Positions 29,475 through 43,426 of a DNA stretch of 64,000 nt are shown one piece after another. This stretch comes from Eledone cirrhosa (taxonomy: Eukaryota). Made by a program: the position numbers and the translations under genes. Position 1 is the first letter of the stretch. Every line of letters starts with the position of its first letter. Where the stretch lies: assembly GCA_964016885.1 (NCBI GenBank), contig OZ024757.1:2356001-2420000 (forward strand). Reading direction: 5' to 3'. Below the pieces are notes generated by a model, which saw nothing but the letters and a program-made list of their open reading frames with translations, did not search any database and was not told the origin of the DNA.

Positions 29475-29598
29475 CACCACCACCACCACCACCACCACCA
29501 CCAACACCACCACCACCACCACCACCACCACCACCAACAACACCACCACCACCACCACCACCACCACCAACAACAACAACACCACCACCACCACCAAC

Positions 29599-29630
<32 letters not shown>

Positions 29631-29667
29631 CACCACCAACAACAACAACACCACCACCACCACCACC

Positions 29668-29699
<32 letters not shown>

Positions 29700-29700
29700 C
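28581..29700. repeat. Compound (CCA)n/(CAA)n trinucleotide tract
   Basis: About 1.1 kb of interleaved acc/aac triplets; it produces the poly-G/V, poly-W/C and poly-L/V ORFs in the track. Confidence 0.97.
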
Positions 29701-29799
29701 GTTGCCAGCTAAAATAGCAACAGGGTGTGGTGAAATGATGTTTTGTATAAATGGCGTCACACAATAGATGTACCAACATCTACCTTTGCAGCTGTGTAA

Positions 29800-30386
29800 G
29801 TACTTTCGGCTTCCAAACAATAGGGGACCAGGTTGGAATAAGTGGTGGGAGGTTAGAAAATCAGTAATTGTTCTGGGTTGAGACCCTTGATTTTTAAAAA
29901 ACCCAGAATTAGTCGTTTAGTTTACATATTGAGACCCCAACCCATCCTATTTATTTTATAACATTTGGGATTTTTTGTAATGTACTTTTGTTGTCATGAA
30001 GAATGTTTTTTAATGTCTAAATGTCTCTTCCAGCGCATCTCCCTTACCATCCTCCGGGGAAACACCTTTTCCATTCTGTCCACCGGGGCTGTGGGGCGGC
30101 CAGCACGGGTGACCCCATTTACTCATAATACAGAGAGATGGGGAGGGCGAGAGAGATGGAGGCGATGACAGTGGGAATTTGTCAAGGTTTTATGAAACAA
30201 TTGTACCATAAATTAAATGTTTTTACGTTAGAAATTAATATTCAGAAAATCAATTGTCGCAAGAATGCTACTACTTAAAATAAAATATCGTCTGAGATAG
30301 ATTAGGAAAATTTAATAAGCGGGAGGGGGTGGAATAAATCTGAAAAATTAATAAGTGTGAGGGGTGGGGTGATTATTCGAGACCAG
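29800..30386 (+). mobile_element. Dispersed MITE-like repeat, copy 1 (about 225-bp extra segment at 30021-30244)
   Basis: Colinear with the reverse complement of 59590-59930 (e.g. ccagaattagtcgtttagtttacatattgagaccccaacccatcct). Ends are weakly inverted. Confidence 0.6.
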
Positions 30387-30454
30387 CCTCTATCTTTCCA
30401 TTGTAAGTATGTATATATCCGTAACTGCAGATGGAGTCGTAAGAACTACGACAA

Positions 30455-30529
30455 TTTTCGCCGACGACCCGACCATGCACAGGTTGTACTGGGTTGCATG
30501 TTACCAGTAGCACTGAAGAGCCACCTGAC
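30455..30529 (+). mobile_element. 3' fragment of the dispersed ~600-bp repeat also at 40156 and 60342
   Basis: Shares gacgacccgaccatg..caggttgtactggg..catgttaccagtagcac..acctgac. Confidence 0.75.
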
Positions 30530-30573
30530 TATAGCATACATATATACATATATTCACACACACACAGACGCAC

Positions 30574-30650
<77 letters not shown>

Positions 30651-30655
<5 letters not shown>

Positions 30656-31338
30656 GAGGATTGCAACGTCTTCACAGACGATTGCCGTCTCTTATCGATT
30701 CTTCATTATCAACCCACCACGTCCATGACTTCGTAGATGACATTGTAGACCAGCTGTAGATCTGCATGGTTTACGACACAGGTGACAGAAGAGAGTTGTG
30801 ACTTCCACAGGACCGGTGGGGGTCACCCTGTGGGACACAATCCTTATGGAGCACCTTATGATTTGTGTTGCATATCACGCATGTTCTTACGCCAGGTTTT
30901 TGTTGAGTGGTATTGCGGGTGGTTATCCTTTCATGTGACTTCAGGTGTTTAACATAACCAGCCATTGAGGGGAGTACACACTGACAGGACTTGCATGTCC
31001 AACTACTGATGACTTCATCAAGACTGTGAACATAGCCCTTCCGGGGCTGACACTTCAGTTGTTTATCTTCTAGACGACATTCCTCAAAGGTTTTGAAACT
31101 GCCCTTTATGCACTTTCTCAAACCTATTTAGAGCTATCTCCTCCCAGTTGTCTATATAAAATGTCAGCTCTTTATGGAGCTCATCGTAATACAGTTGCTT
31201 CGAGATTCTGCTTTCTTTCATGCTGACGATATGCCCTGTCCAGCGCATTTGAGATGTTAGTTGGGACTCAGTGCTCGGACATTCTGCTTTGATAAGGAAA
31301 TGGGTGTCAGGAGTCCTGTCTTGCCACATGATGTTGAA
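30651..31338 (-). mobile_element. RTE/BovB-like LINE 3' fragment (pseudogene)
   Basis: IMWQDRTPD..QMRWTGHIVSMKESRISKQLYYDEL..IDNWEEIALNR, then a C2H2-like CKSCQCVLPSMAGYVKHLKSH; frameshifted. Confidence 0.8.
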
Positions 31339-31438
31339 TATACATACATACATATAAACATAGATACAAACATACATATAAACATACATACAAACATACA
31401 TATAAACATACAAACATACATATAAACATACATACATA

Positions 31439-32526
31439 GACCGTCTTTACTTGAAACGTAAGCAGGGAGGCAGAGGCCTAACATCAGTCCAGAAAACATT
31501 TGAATGTCGCATCATATCCCTCCGACAACATCTACGAACCTCGAAGCGTAAGGAGCCCGTCTCTCGAGCAAGTCTATCTGCATGAAACAGATAAGATCAT
31601 GAGAGTTGGGAAGGAACTCCTCGAGAGATATTCCCTGTGTGATAATCAAAAACTCACGTCCAGGGAAGTCGCTCAGCAGTATCGCAGTGAATCCATGGAT
31701 GAAAAGCTGCATGCTTATCAGCAAAAAAACCATGCATGGATATATTGCCAGGAAGCTCCAGAGTAAGAGTAATATAGATAAGGAAAGTAGTCTATCTTGG
31801 ACCAACAACCGCTATATTGGCTCCCACTTTGAAAGATACGCTTTTGCAATCCAAGAACAGGAGATTAACACGAAATAACTGATTCACAAAAGAGATCGGG
31901 ATGCAGTCAAAACACCTAGATGTGATAACAAGTGCAGACTCTGCAGAACTAACATCGAGGATATCACCCATGTCACCAGCAGCTGTCCAAAGATGTCATC
32001 GCGGTACTATCTATTTATCAGGCATGATGTAGTGGCCAAAACACTGTACAATGCAGTTCGTAAAAAAGATAGCCCCGATAATAAACACATTAAAAGCTAC
32101 AGCAATGTGGAAGACATCCATGTACATAATATGAAAGAGTACTGGTGGAATGTTCCAGTAAAAACCCCAATAAAATGCAGGCATAACAGACCAGATATTA
32201 TGATATGGGACAGGGAGAAGAAAACATGCACAGTAGTGGAAATTAGCTGCCCAGCAGATGCCAATATAATATCAAAGATTAGTGAAAAGGAGAATATTTA
32301 TGTAGAACTGATGAGAAATCTGCTGATACTCCACCCTGATTACACCTTCAGATTTATACCTGTGATTATTGGGGCACTGGGGTATGTTAGTAACTGCCTC
32401 AATACAAATCTTGAGAAGCTAGGCTTCACAGGAACAGAAAGAACACAACTAGTTAGGAAATTACAAGTAAAATCCATTAATGGAACAGTAAAAATATGTA
32501 AAACGTTTCAGAAATTCTGCATCTAA
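31439..32526 (+). mobile_element. R4/Dong-like non-LTR retrotransposon 3' fragment with CCHC finger and restriction-like endonuclease
   Basis: RLYLKRKQGGRGL, MHGYI, FAIQEQEINTK, CRLCRTNIEDITHVTSSC, RHDVVAK, HNRPDIMIWD, VVEISCP. Disrupted by stops and frameshifts; followed by (CA)n. Confidence 0.88.
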
Positions 32527-32617
32527 TAACTGTATATACACTTGTATATACACTGAAACATATGTCAGTGAGGATATATAACTGTAGACATACAGATACA
32601 TATATACAATGACATCC

Positions 32618-32693
<76 letters not shown>

Positions 32694-32988
32694 TACACAC
32701 ACACTCATAACACACATACAGACGTGCACATATACATACCCACATACACATGCAGACATACACACCCACCCAGCCCCACCCCATATATACAGACATACAT
32801 ACAATCCGACATACATATCTACCTAGTTGATATCTAAATCCCAATGAAACAGTCTTGTGTCTGTTACACACCAACTCTATTGGTGAACATTTATTAAAAT
32901 AATAAAACCAGAAGAACACACACACACACACATATATATATACATACACATATATATATATATACATACATATATATATATACATATA

Positions 32989-33020
<32 letters not shown>

Positions 33021-33036
33021 ACCTATATATATATAT

Positions 33037-33222
33037 AATTGTTTCTACTTTAGGCACAAGGCCAGCAATAACCCAGTGCATTACTGGTACTTTATTTTAT
33101 CGACCCCGTAAGGATGAAAGGCAAAGTCAACTTCGGCGGGATTTGAACTCAGATCGTAAAGGGACGTAACTATGCTGGAAAGCATGGCGTCCGACCCTCT
33201 ACCGATACTGCCAACCCACCGC
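33037..33222 (-). mobile_element. tRNA-derived SINE (MetaSINE-like core)
   Basis: The minus strand has A-box-like tggcagtatcgg, B-box gagttcaaatcc and the core gcctttcatccttacggggtcgataaaataaagtacc. Three copies occur in the window. Confidence 0.85.
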
Positions 33223-33332
33223 TATATATATATATATATAATACCATATATATATATATATATATCTATATCCAAAATTATCCCCTGTGATTGTTTCATA
33301 TGTTTATTTATATGTTAATCAATTTCTAGTTG

Positions 33333-33400
<68 letters not shown>

Positions 33401-33479
33401 GTTTGGACATAGAATAAAGAATGCAAATGCAAAAGATATTGTTGACAATTAGTCTTTTACCTTAGATTTATTTAAATGT

Positions 33480-33514
33480 CCTAAATTTTCGAGATAATAT
33501 CTCTTCTTCAGAGG
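33480..33514 (-). ncRNA. Minimal type I hammerhead ribozyme (inverted pLTR copy)
   Basis: Reverse complement of 35628-35662. Confidence 0.65.
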
Positions 33515-33847
33515 GAAGTAAAGTTGTCAAACCAGTGTTCTAAATAGCTTGCCAAGTCATGCTGACAGGAAATGGTATAGAGTATCTGTTCTATCTCTAA
33601 TGTCAAAGAGTTAAGATTAGGTGGATAAAGAGTAGTCTCCCTTTAAGAGGGGTTTGTTTTTGTTTTTTTTTGGTTTTTATATACATGCCTGTTTAAGTGT
33701 GTGGGAGAATGCATGAAGGTGTAAGTATGTGAGTGTGTGTGTGAGTGTGAGAAGATATGTCTATACGTAAATGTGGGGGATAGATGTTATCTCGTGTTAG
33801 AACTGGTTTTGTGTGTGTATGTGTGAGAGAGAATAAGTGGAGGTGTA

Positions 33848-33938
<91 letters not shown>

Positions 33939-33959
33939 GTTATACGTAGTTATACGTTG

Positions 33960-35213
33960 ACTACACCAACTCCAGCCAGAACAACTTAAACTAAATAGTA
34001 CGCCTTTAGCCTCGACGTTGTCTCCCTCTACACTACAGTCCCCGCTCATCCAGCTGTCGATTTATTGACGGACTGCGTGGTCGCAGAGGACATCCACTGC
34101 TACGGCCTCCACCCGACGGACATACACCAGCTTTTGTCCTTCACAGTAGACAACACGTACTTCACCTTCCACCACCACATATACAGACAGACAACAAGAT
34201 TACCCATGGGATCCAGCCTATCGGGCCTGCTGGCCATCACCTACATGAACCAACTAGAATGCCGAGCCCTCAACACCTGCCATTCCCATACCTTCTTCAC
34301 CCGATATGTAGATGACATACTCATCCTTACATCATCCCGTGAGGAGGCAGATAAAATATACACAACATTCTCCAGCATGGACGCCAGTATAAAGTTCAGC
34401 ATGGAACACCCCGATGACCGCGGATCCCTATCCCTACTGGACGTCCAACTCAGGGTAACAGAGGAAGGCAACATCCACACCTGCTTCTATAAAAAAGCCG
34501 CTAGCAGGGACCTGTTCGTACATTTCAGATCGGGACTCCCACTCGGTGCCAAGTTCGGATACATAAGAAACGAACTGGCACGTATCCGGAACAAATGCAC
34601 CGATGCTAGAGACCGAGACACACACACCACACATTTCCTGGAAGTACTCAAACTGAACGGATACACGACATCCACCACAAACCGTGCCAGAAAGAACAGA
34701 GGACACCACACCCGAGGCACTAACACTTGCTTCCTGAAGCTCCCACACTTCAGTGAAGAAACAACAACAGCCATCCGCAGAGCTATCAGACGAGAAGGAC
34801 TAGATATCCAACTGGCCCACTCAGGTCCTTCTCTACGCGGTCAGCTATCCAAAAGACACTCCACCAGACATGGCAACTGCTGCAGACTAGCCAACTGCCC
34901 CATCAACGACACAGACCTATGCCACCAGGCTTACGTCGTATACAGACTAGAGTGTGACAAATGCAACAACTTCTACGTAGGTAGCACCACCAGACCACTC
35001 TACATAAGAATAAAAGAACACCTCAATACTAACGCTTCCTCATTTAAGAAACACCTAGTTAAATGCAAAAACACCGACAAAACCATAACAGTTAGGATAG
35101 AAACTAAGGAAAGAAACCTCAGCAATCTTAGAATTAGGAAGCACTAATTATAGACAAAACACAACCACCAATTAATAATAGACTAGAACTCAACACCCAA
35201 TTTATAACTTGAT
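33960..35213 (+). pseudogene. PLE reverse transcriptase plus GIY-YIG endonuclease (ORF 34065-35147, 5'-truncated, frameshift near the C-terminus)
   Basis: FSLDVVSLYTTVP, LPMGSSLS, FTRYVDDILI, SLSLLDV, CFYKK, VVYRLECDKCNNFYVGSTTRPLYIRIKEH; EALII continues in a shifted frame. Confidence 0.92.
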
Positions 35214-35627
35214 AGAGCTCCTAGCCCCATATTTACACACACCCCACACACACACACGCACACACGCACGCACACACACACACACACACACGCTTACACC
35301 TCCACTTATTCTCTCTCACACATACACACACAAAACCAGTTCTAACACGAGATAACATCTATCCCCAACATTTACGTATAGACATATCTTCTCACACTCA
35401 CACACACACACTCACATACTTACACCTTCATGCATTATCCCACACACTTAAACAGGCATGTATATAAAAACCAAAAAAAACAAAACAAACCCCTCTTAAA
35501 GGGAGACTATTCTTTATCCACCTAATCTTAACTCTTTGACATTAGAGATAGAACAGATACTCTATACCATTTCCTGTCAGCATGACTTGGCAAGCTATTT
35601 AGAACACTGGTTTGACAACTTTACTTC

Positions 35628-35662
35628 CCTCTGAAGAAGAGATATTATCTCGAAAATTTAGG
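35628..35662 (+). ncRNA. Minimal type I hammerhead ribozyme in PLE pLTR
   Basis: cct-CTGAAGA-a-gagat(att)atctc-GAAA-attt-agg, with palindromic AAUU in place of stem III. Confidence 0.65.
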
Positions 35663-35821
35663 ACATTTAAATAAATCTAAGGTAAAAGACTAATTGTCAA
35701 CAATATCTTTTGCATTTGCATTCTTTATTCTATGTCCAAACCTGCATTGTTTTGGCTTTATTATACATATACAAACGTTTATACCTCATTACACAATGCT
35801 TCAAGTGAACTATAACCTCCT

Positions 35822-35875
<54 letters not shown>

Positions 35876-35929
35876 TGTATATACATACATTTATATATAT
35901 ATATCTAGGGCGGGTAAAATTCCCGAGAT

Positions 35930-36382
<453 letters not shown>

Positions 36383-36640
36383 TAAATATATACATACATA
36401 CATACAGTCTGTTACGCCTACATTTTATATAAAAAAACCGCGATAATATTACTTTATGCTGAACTCCATATCTTTTGTTGAGTTTTTTTTTCGGAATGTT
36501 TTGACTGCTGTTTCTTGTAAACAGACATTCGTCTCATTCTGACGTCACTAGCCCTGTTCTCCATGTGTGTTTATTATCTTAATTCTGCTTTTAAATTCCC
36601 TTCTGGCATATTTTAGCAATGATTTGGGTTATCGTGTTGA

Positions 36641-36721
36641 GCTCTACTGATGAACGATTCCAACCGTGACTAAGCCCACTGAAAAGTTTCGTGAAATAGT
36701 CTTTTTAAGACTATATAGAGC
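36641..36721 (+). ncRNA. Complete type I hammerhead ribozyme with a full stem III
   Basis: Stem I gctcta/tagagc; CTGATGA; stem II acga/tcgt; GAAA; stem III atagtctt(ttt)aagactat; AUA cleavage triplet. Confidence 0.8.
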
Positions 36722-37360
36722 ATTTGTAGATTTTTCCAAATTGAAGGATAAGTATTTACTCTTAATTTTATTCTGAATTAAGACTCTGTTGGTTTTTTCC
36801 CTGGATTACACAAAATCTGTGGATAAAATTTCTGTCTTGACTTTTTTTGAATTGGGATTGAATTATTTCCCCATATCTTACGTTAAATATTTTCCATCTT
36901 GACGTAATAGTCACTTATATATTATGAAATACTGTTGGCTTCTTGGTCACATTAATTTCTCTATTTTCATTTATATTTTCATTTATATATATATATATAT
37001 ATATAGTTTTGCGAGGTTTTTTATATGAAATCGTGTGTCGAAACAAATATTGTTATACTATATATAGACAGACTGAATAAAAAATGGCGTAGACATACAA
37101 CACAACAGGAGGAAAATATAACACCACTGACGATGTTGCAGATGTGCAACGAAAGATTTATGATAAACTATATATATGTGTTTGTGTCTATATTGTATCT
37201 GTATTATTTTTTACCGTCGGTCAGTCAATGGCAACATTGAGGACCGAGTAAGTTAGATTACAGATATAAAAGACAGCGAGAAGCGAAAACCAACCAAACA
37301 GTGAGTGTGTTCTGTTATTAATTCTGGCAATATTACACAAATATGACCCTCCCCAAGTAT

Positions 37361-37421
<61 letters not shown>

Positions 37422-37509
37422 AAAATGGAACGGGAACAAAACAGAGAGGCAGTACGAACAAAGGTTTATTAGTTTCACGCTCTTGAGAGTGGGGGGGGGG
37501 GGGGGGGTA

Positions 37510-37790
37510 AGCAGAAGGGATATTCAATTTGTTGGTAATTCAACAAATATAAATGTTTATAACTAATTCAGAGCACTCAACAAGTTTTCTGGAGTATAAT
37601 ATACAATGATATTAAATGAATGGAAACTATATTTATAAAACCACATTTATTCTATTATATATATTTCAAGGGTACCAAAACTTTGGTACGCTTTCATCAG
37701 ATAAAATACGAAGTGTGTTTTATAAATTTTAACATAACCAAGGATAATATACATACCTTAACGGTTCAATTTATCCTTGGATAACTTGAA
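37510..37790 (-). mobile_element. Solo PLE pLTR (family also at 45.8-46.0 kb and 47.0-47.4 kb) with HHR at 37648-37708
   Basis: Minus strand reads tattttat-CTGATGA-aagcgtaccaa..ttggtaccctt-GAAA-tatata-ta-atagaata; shares tggaaactatatttataaaacca with the other copies. Confidence 0.75.
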
Positions 37791-37823
37791 CTATATATAT
37801 ATACACACACACAAACACTCACA

Positions 37824-37909
<86 letters not shown>

Positions 37910-38049
37910 AATATATATATACATACATATAACCAAAGATTAATACGGTTCATTGATTACTCAATGAATATAGTTTTATTGTAGTATAATAAAGCAATGC
38001 AAATATCGGATAAGTAGCACTCTACAGTTTGGAGGACTGGAGTATAAAT

Positions 38050-38252
38050 AATATAAGATCAAAAGATGGTTAAAAGAGTTCCAAGTATTTTGATTTAAAA
38101 CTTCACTATTTACAAGTGTTTTTTAACCTTCATATCATGTATCCCTATTTTATCTGATGAAAACGCAAATGTCATCTCATGATGATATTTGTGTTTGAAA
38201 TGCGCATAATAAAATACTTGGAACTCTTTTAACCATCTTTTGATCTTATATT
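38050..38252 (+). mobile_element. ORF-less PLE pLTR with a short inverted end and HHR at 38146-38216
   Basis: tattttat-CTGATGA-long stem II-GAAA-tgcgca-ta-ataaaata. The ends ataagatcaaaagatggttaaaagagttccaagtatttt are inverted. Homologous to 47430-47590. Confidence 0.8.
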
Positions 38253-38372
38253 ATATATATATATATACATGCATACATATGTATATAAATATACATACAT
38301 ATATACATGCATACATACATATATATATACATTAATACGTATACACACACACACATATATATTGTATATATA

Positions 38373-39972
38373 TAGTAAAAAATTGAACGGGAACAAAACA
38401 GAGAGGCAGTACGAACAAAGGTTTATTAGTTTCACGCTCTTGAGAGTGGGGTGGTGGTGGGAACGACGTTTCGGGCATAAGCCCTTCTCCAGGTGAAAAA
38501 TGTGTGGGAAGAGAGTTCCAAGGGTGTGTAGGGGAGTGGTGGAGAGACATATAGAAAAAATGGGGTGAGAGGAAACGGTACAAATGAAATTAAATATAAA
38601 AGCATAATAAAAATAAAAATAAACATGAAGTAAAACAGGTGGTGGAAGAGTGTGGGGCGTGTAGGGGTGGTGGCGGGTGGAGTGGGGAGAGGGAGGCGGG
38701 GTGTCCGAGCGGGGAGGGCTGAAGGTGGTGTGTGTGTGTAGGTGTACGTGTGTGTGTGTGCGTGTGTATGTGAAAGTAAGAGTTGGGGGAAGAACGGGGT
38801 TGCATGTTCAGGAAAAGGTGTATGTGGGTCGGTGTGTGTGTGCGTGTTTGGATGGGGAGGGGTCAGAGGGGTGGGGGGAGAGGATTCCGGAGGCTGAGTG
38901 TGTAAATATGTGGTGGTACGCACGTGTGTGTGGTGTTTATACGTGTTGTGGATGTAGGTGGCGTGTGGGAAAAAATTTTTTTGAGTGTATGTTCGTGGGT
39001 GAGTTCCTAAGGTAGTTCCGTAGAGGATGTGATGGGATGCCGGGTAATCTCCTTGGGATGTGGTTGATTCTTGGGAGCGATGTCCAATGTGTGTAATCCG
39101 TGGTTGGGTTGGTCGGAAGAGGGGAGATGTGGGGTGCGCGCGCAACAGGAAGTGGTCAGAGCGTCAAGGCAGGAGGAGGGTTGTGTGTCTGTGTGTGGGG
39201 GGGGGGGGGAGGTGGTTAGAGATTCAGGGCATAGCAGCAGTCGGGTAGAATGGTAAGTGAAGAAAGTCGGTGTGTCAGTGTGTAAGGAGGTGCGGTGGAC
39301 AGGGTAGAGGATGGGTACGTGTGAAAGTTGGAGTGAAGAGGGTGTGTGTGTATTAGTAGAGGTGTTAGTGGGATGTGTGTGTGTGTGAGAAAGGGTGTGG
39401 GTGGAGCGTGGAGAGAAGGATGTGGCGGTCGTTGGAGAGAGTGTAGTGTACTGGTGTGTGTGTGCGTGTTTGGATGAGTGTGTGTGTGGGTGTTAGTATT
39501 CTGGTGGTGGGGAAAGGGTTGAATGCGGGTGTTCGTGTGCGTGGGGTAGGGGGGGTGTTAGTGATGTTAGTTGTGGGGTGGTGGGGTGGATGTGTGAGGG
39601 TGAGGGTTAGTGGTGGTAGTAGGGTGTGTGTTTAGTGTGAGTGCGTGTATATATGTACCGGTGGGTGTGTGCGTGATAGGGGGAGGGGGGAGGATGTTAG
39701 TATTGTTAGTTGGGGAAGGGTGGTCGGGTGTAGGGTGAAGGTGTTAGTATTGTTAGTTGTGGGGTGGGCGGTGAAAAGGAGGAGTGTGTTAGTGGTGTTA
39801 GTGGGGGATATGTGTGGGGGAGGGCGGTCGAAGGCTAAAGGAATAAGGGTGGTGAGTTCAGGCCGGGGGGAGTGTGGGTCTGTAGGGTGAAGATGGTTCG
39901 TTGTTCGACCCTGAGGTGAGTGGCGGGTGTTCCGTGGCATTGGAGTAGGCCACAGACTGTGAGGTGGTGCGC
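38373..39972 (-). mobile_element. Neptune-like PLE 3' fragment: endonuclease C-terminus, long 3' UTR, HHR-like motif at 38462-38496
   Basis: [29 protein letters not shown] resembles GIY-YIG C-termini; CTGGAGA-a-gggc(ttat)gccc-GAAA-cgtc. The terminal 80 bp are repeated at 37417-37495. Confidence 0.65.
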
Positions 39973-39979
39973 ATATATA

Positions 39980-40055
<76 letters not shown>

Positions 40056-40155
40056 TATATATATATACATGCATACATACATACATATATATGCATTCAT
40101 ACCTATATACATATATATATCATATATACACATACATATGTATATATATATATTG

Positions 40156-40762
40156 TGGCTGCCAACTCGTTTTCAAGTACGGCCACTACTTTATATCCAT
40201 GTAGGAGAACCCCTACCGATGCGCTGAACGAGTGTGACTTTTTAGTCCAGCCAGCGACTTGAAAACTCTGGTACAAACACTACACTTGTGACAATTACTG
40301 ACACATAGTGCTGGGCCCATGGTACCATGTGACGACAAGGGCAGAGAGATCTCCAGATATAAAGCAATGCCTGTGCCATGAAGCTTTTATAGTGAGCAAA
40401 GGCACTGCACAAAGCCAGTCCCACTCTCTTAACCAAGATGATATTTGCCAAAAAGAAGGACAAGTCAACATCATTGGATATCATCAGGGTTGCAGGTATT
40501 ATATCAGAGTTTTTCTTCTCCTAGAATTCTGCCTTGACAAAGGCTAAGGGGTCATCTCTCCCAGTGATTTTGGATGGCCATTGACTCTTAAGAGCTCCTT
40601 TGCCCTTTGCCAGGTTTTGCTTTTAGTCCTGCAGGATGTCCAAAGTCACCCTCCTCACCAAGAAACCTTGGTGGGGTTGCCAGTTTAGTCGCCAACGACC
40701 CGACCATGAGACAGGTTGTACTGGGATACATGTTACCAGTAGCACCAACTGGTGACCTGACA
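40156..40762 (+). mobile_element. Dispersed ~600-bp repeat (probable non-autonomous retroelement)
   Basis: Colinear similarity with 60342-60868 from tggctgc.aactc to acctgaca, each followed by (TA)n. Confidence 0.7.
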
Positions 40763-41350
40763 TATATATATATATACATATATACATGCATACATACATA
40801 CATACATACATATATATATACATTCATACATATATACTTATATATATCATATATACACATAGATATATATGTATATATATGTATGTATACATAAATATAT
40901 ATACATGTCTGTCTGACGACCGATCCAGACGTATATTATTATCGCCTGTGATCCAGAAACCTCTGGTAATGGAGTAGATATAGCTTGTGGATATATATAT
41001 TATAATATTTATATATTCATGCATATATATACATGTATACAGGTGTATATATGCAGACACACACACACACTATATATATACACACATCTATATATATATA
41101 CACATGTATACAACCACCTGGTTGTGTTAAAGGTTACAGTGTTAAAGCAATCACTGCAGTTAAGATCCACGGTTGGGTATGTTGGGGTGTTGGTGGGGGT
41201 AGACATACTTGTTAATATAATGTGTGTGTATATATATACCTGTGTGTATGTGTGTGTTTCTACGTTTATGTTTGTTCATATACAAACAAATACTCGCGCG
41301 CGCATATTAACACAGACACACTCATACGTTGTGTATATATATGTATATAA

Positions 41351-41423
<73 letters not shown>

Positions 41424-41465
41424 TATATATATTTATATATATATATATATATATTAATATATATA

Positions 41466-43425
<1,960 letters not shown>

Positions 43426-43426
<1 letters not shown>

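Larger units (their letters stand above)
33397..35823 (+). mobile_element. 5'-truncated Penelope/Poseidon-like PLE with inverted 5' pseudo-LTR and 3' pseudo-LTR plus tail
   Basis: 33401-33860 is the near-perfect reverse complement of 35280-35741. An RT plus GIY-YIG ORF lies between, and both ends sit in (TA)n. Confidence 0.92.

Noticed and set aside
28555-29820. Gly/Val-, Trp/Cys- and Leu/Val-rich long ORFs
   Set aside because: They are translations of a CCA/CAA triplet repeat.
33100-33222. tRNA gene
   Set aside because: A/B boxes are present, but there is no cloverleaf and the sequence continues into a SINE core found three times in the window.
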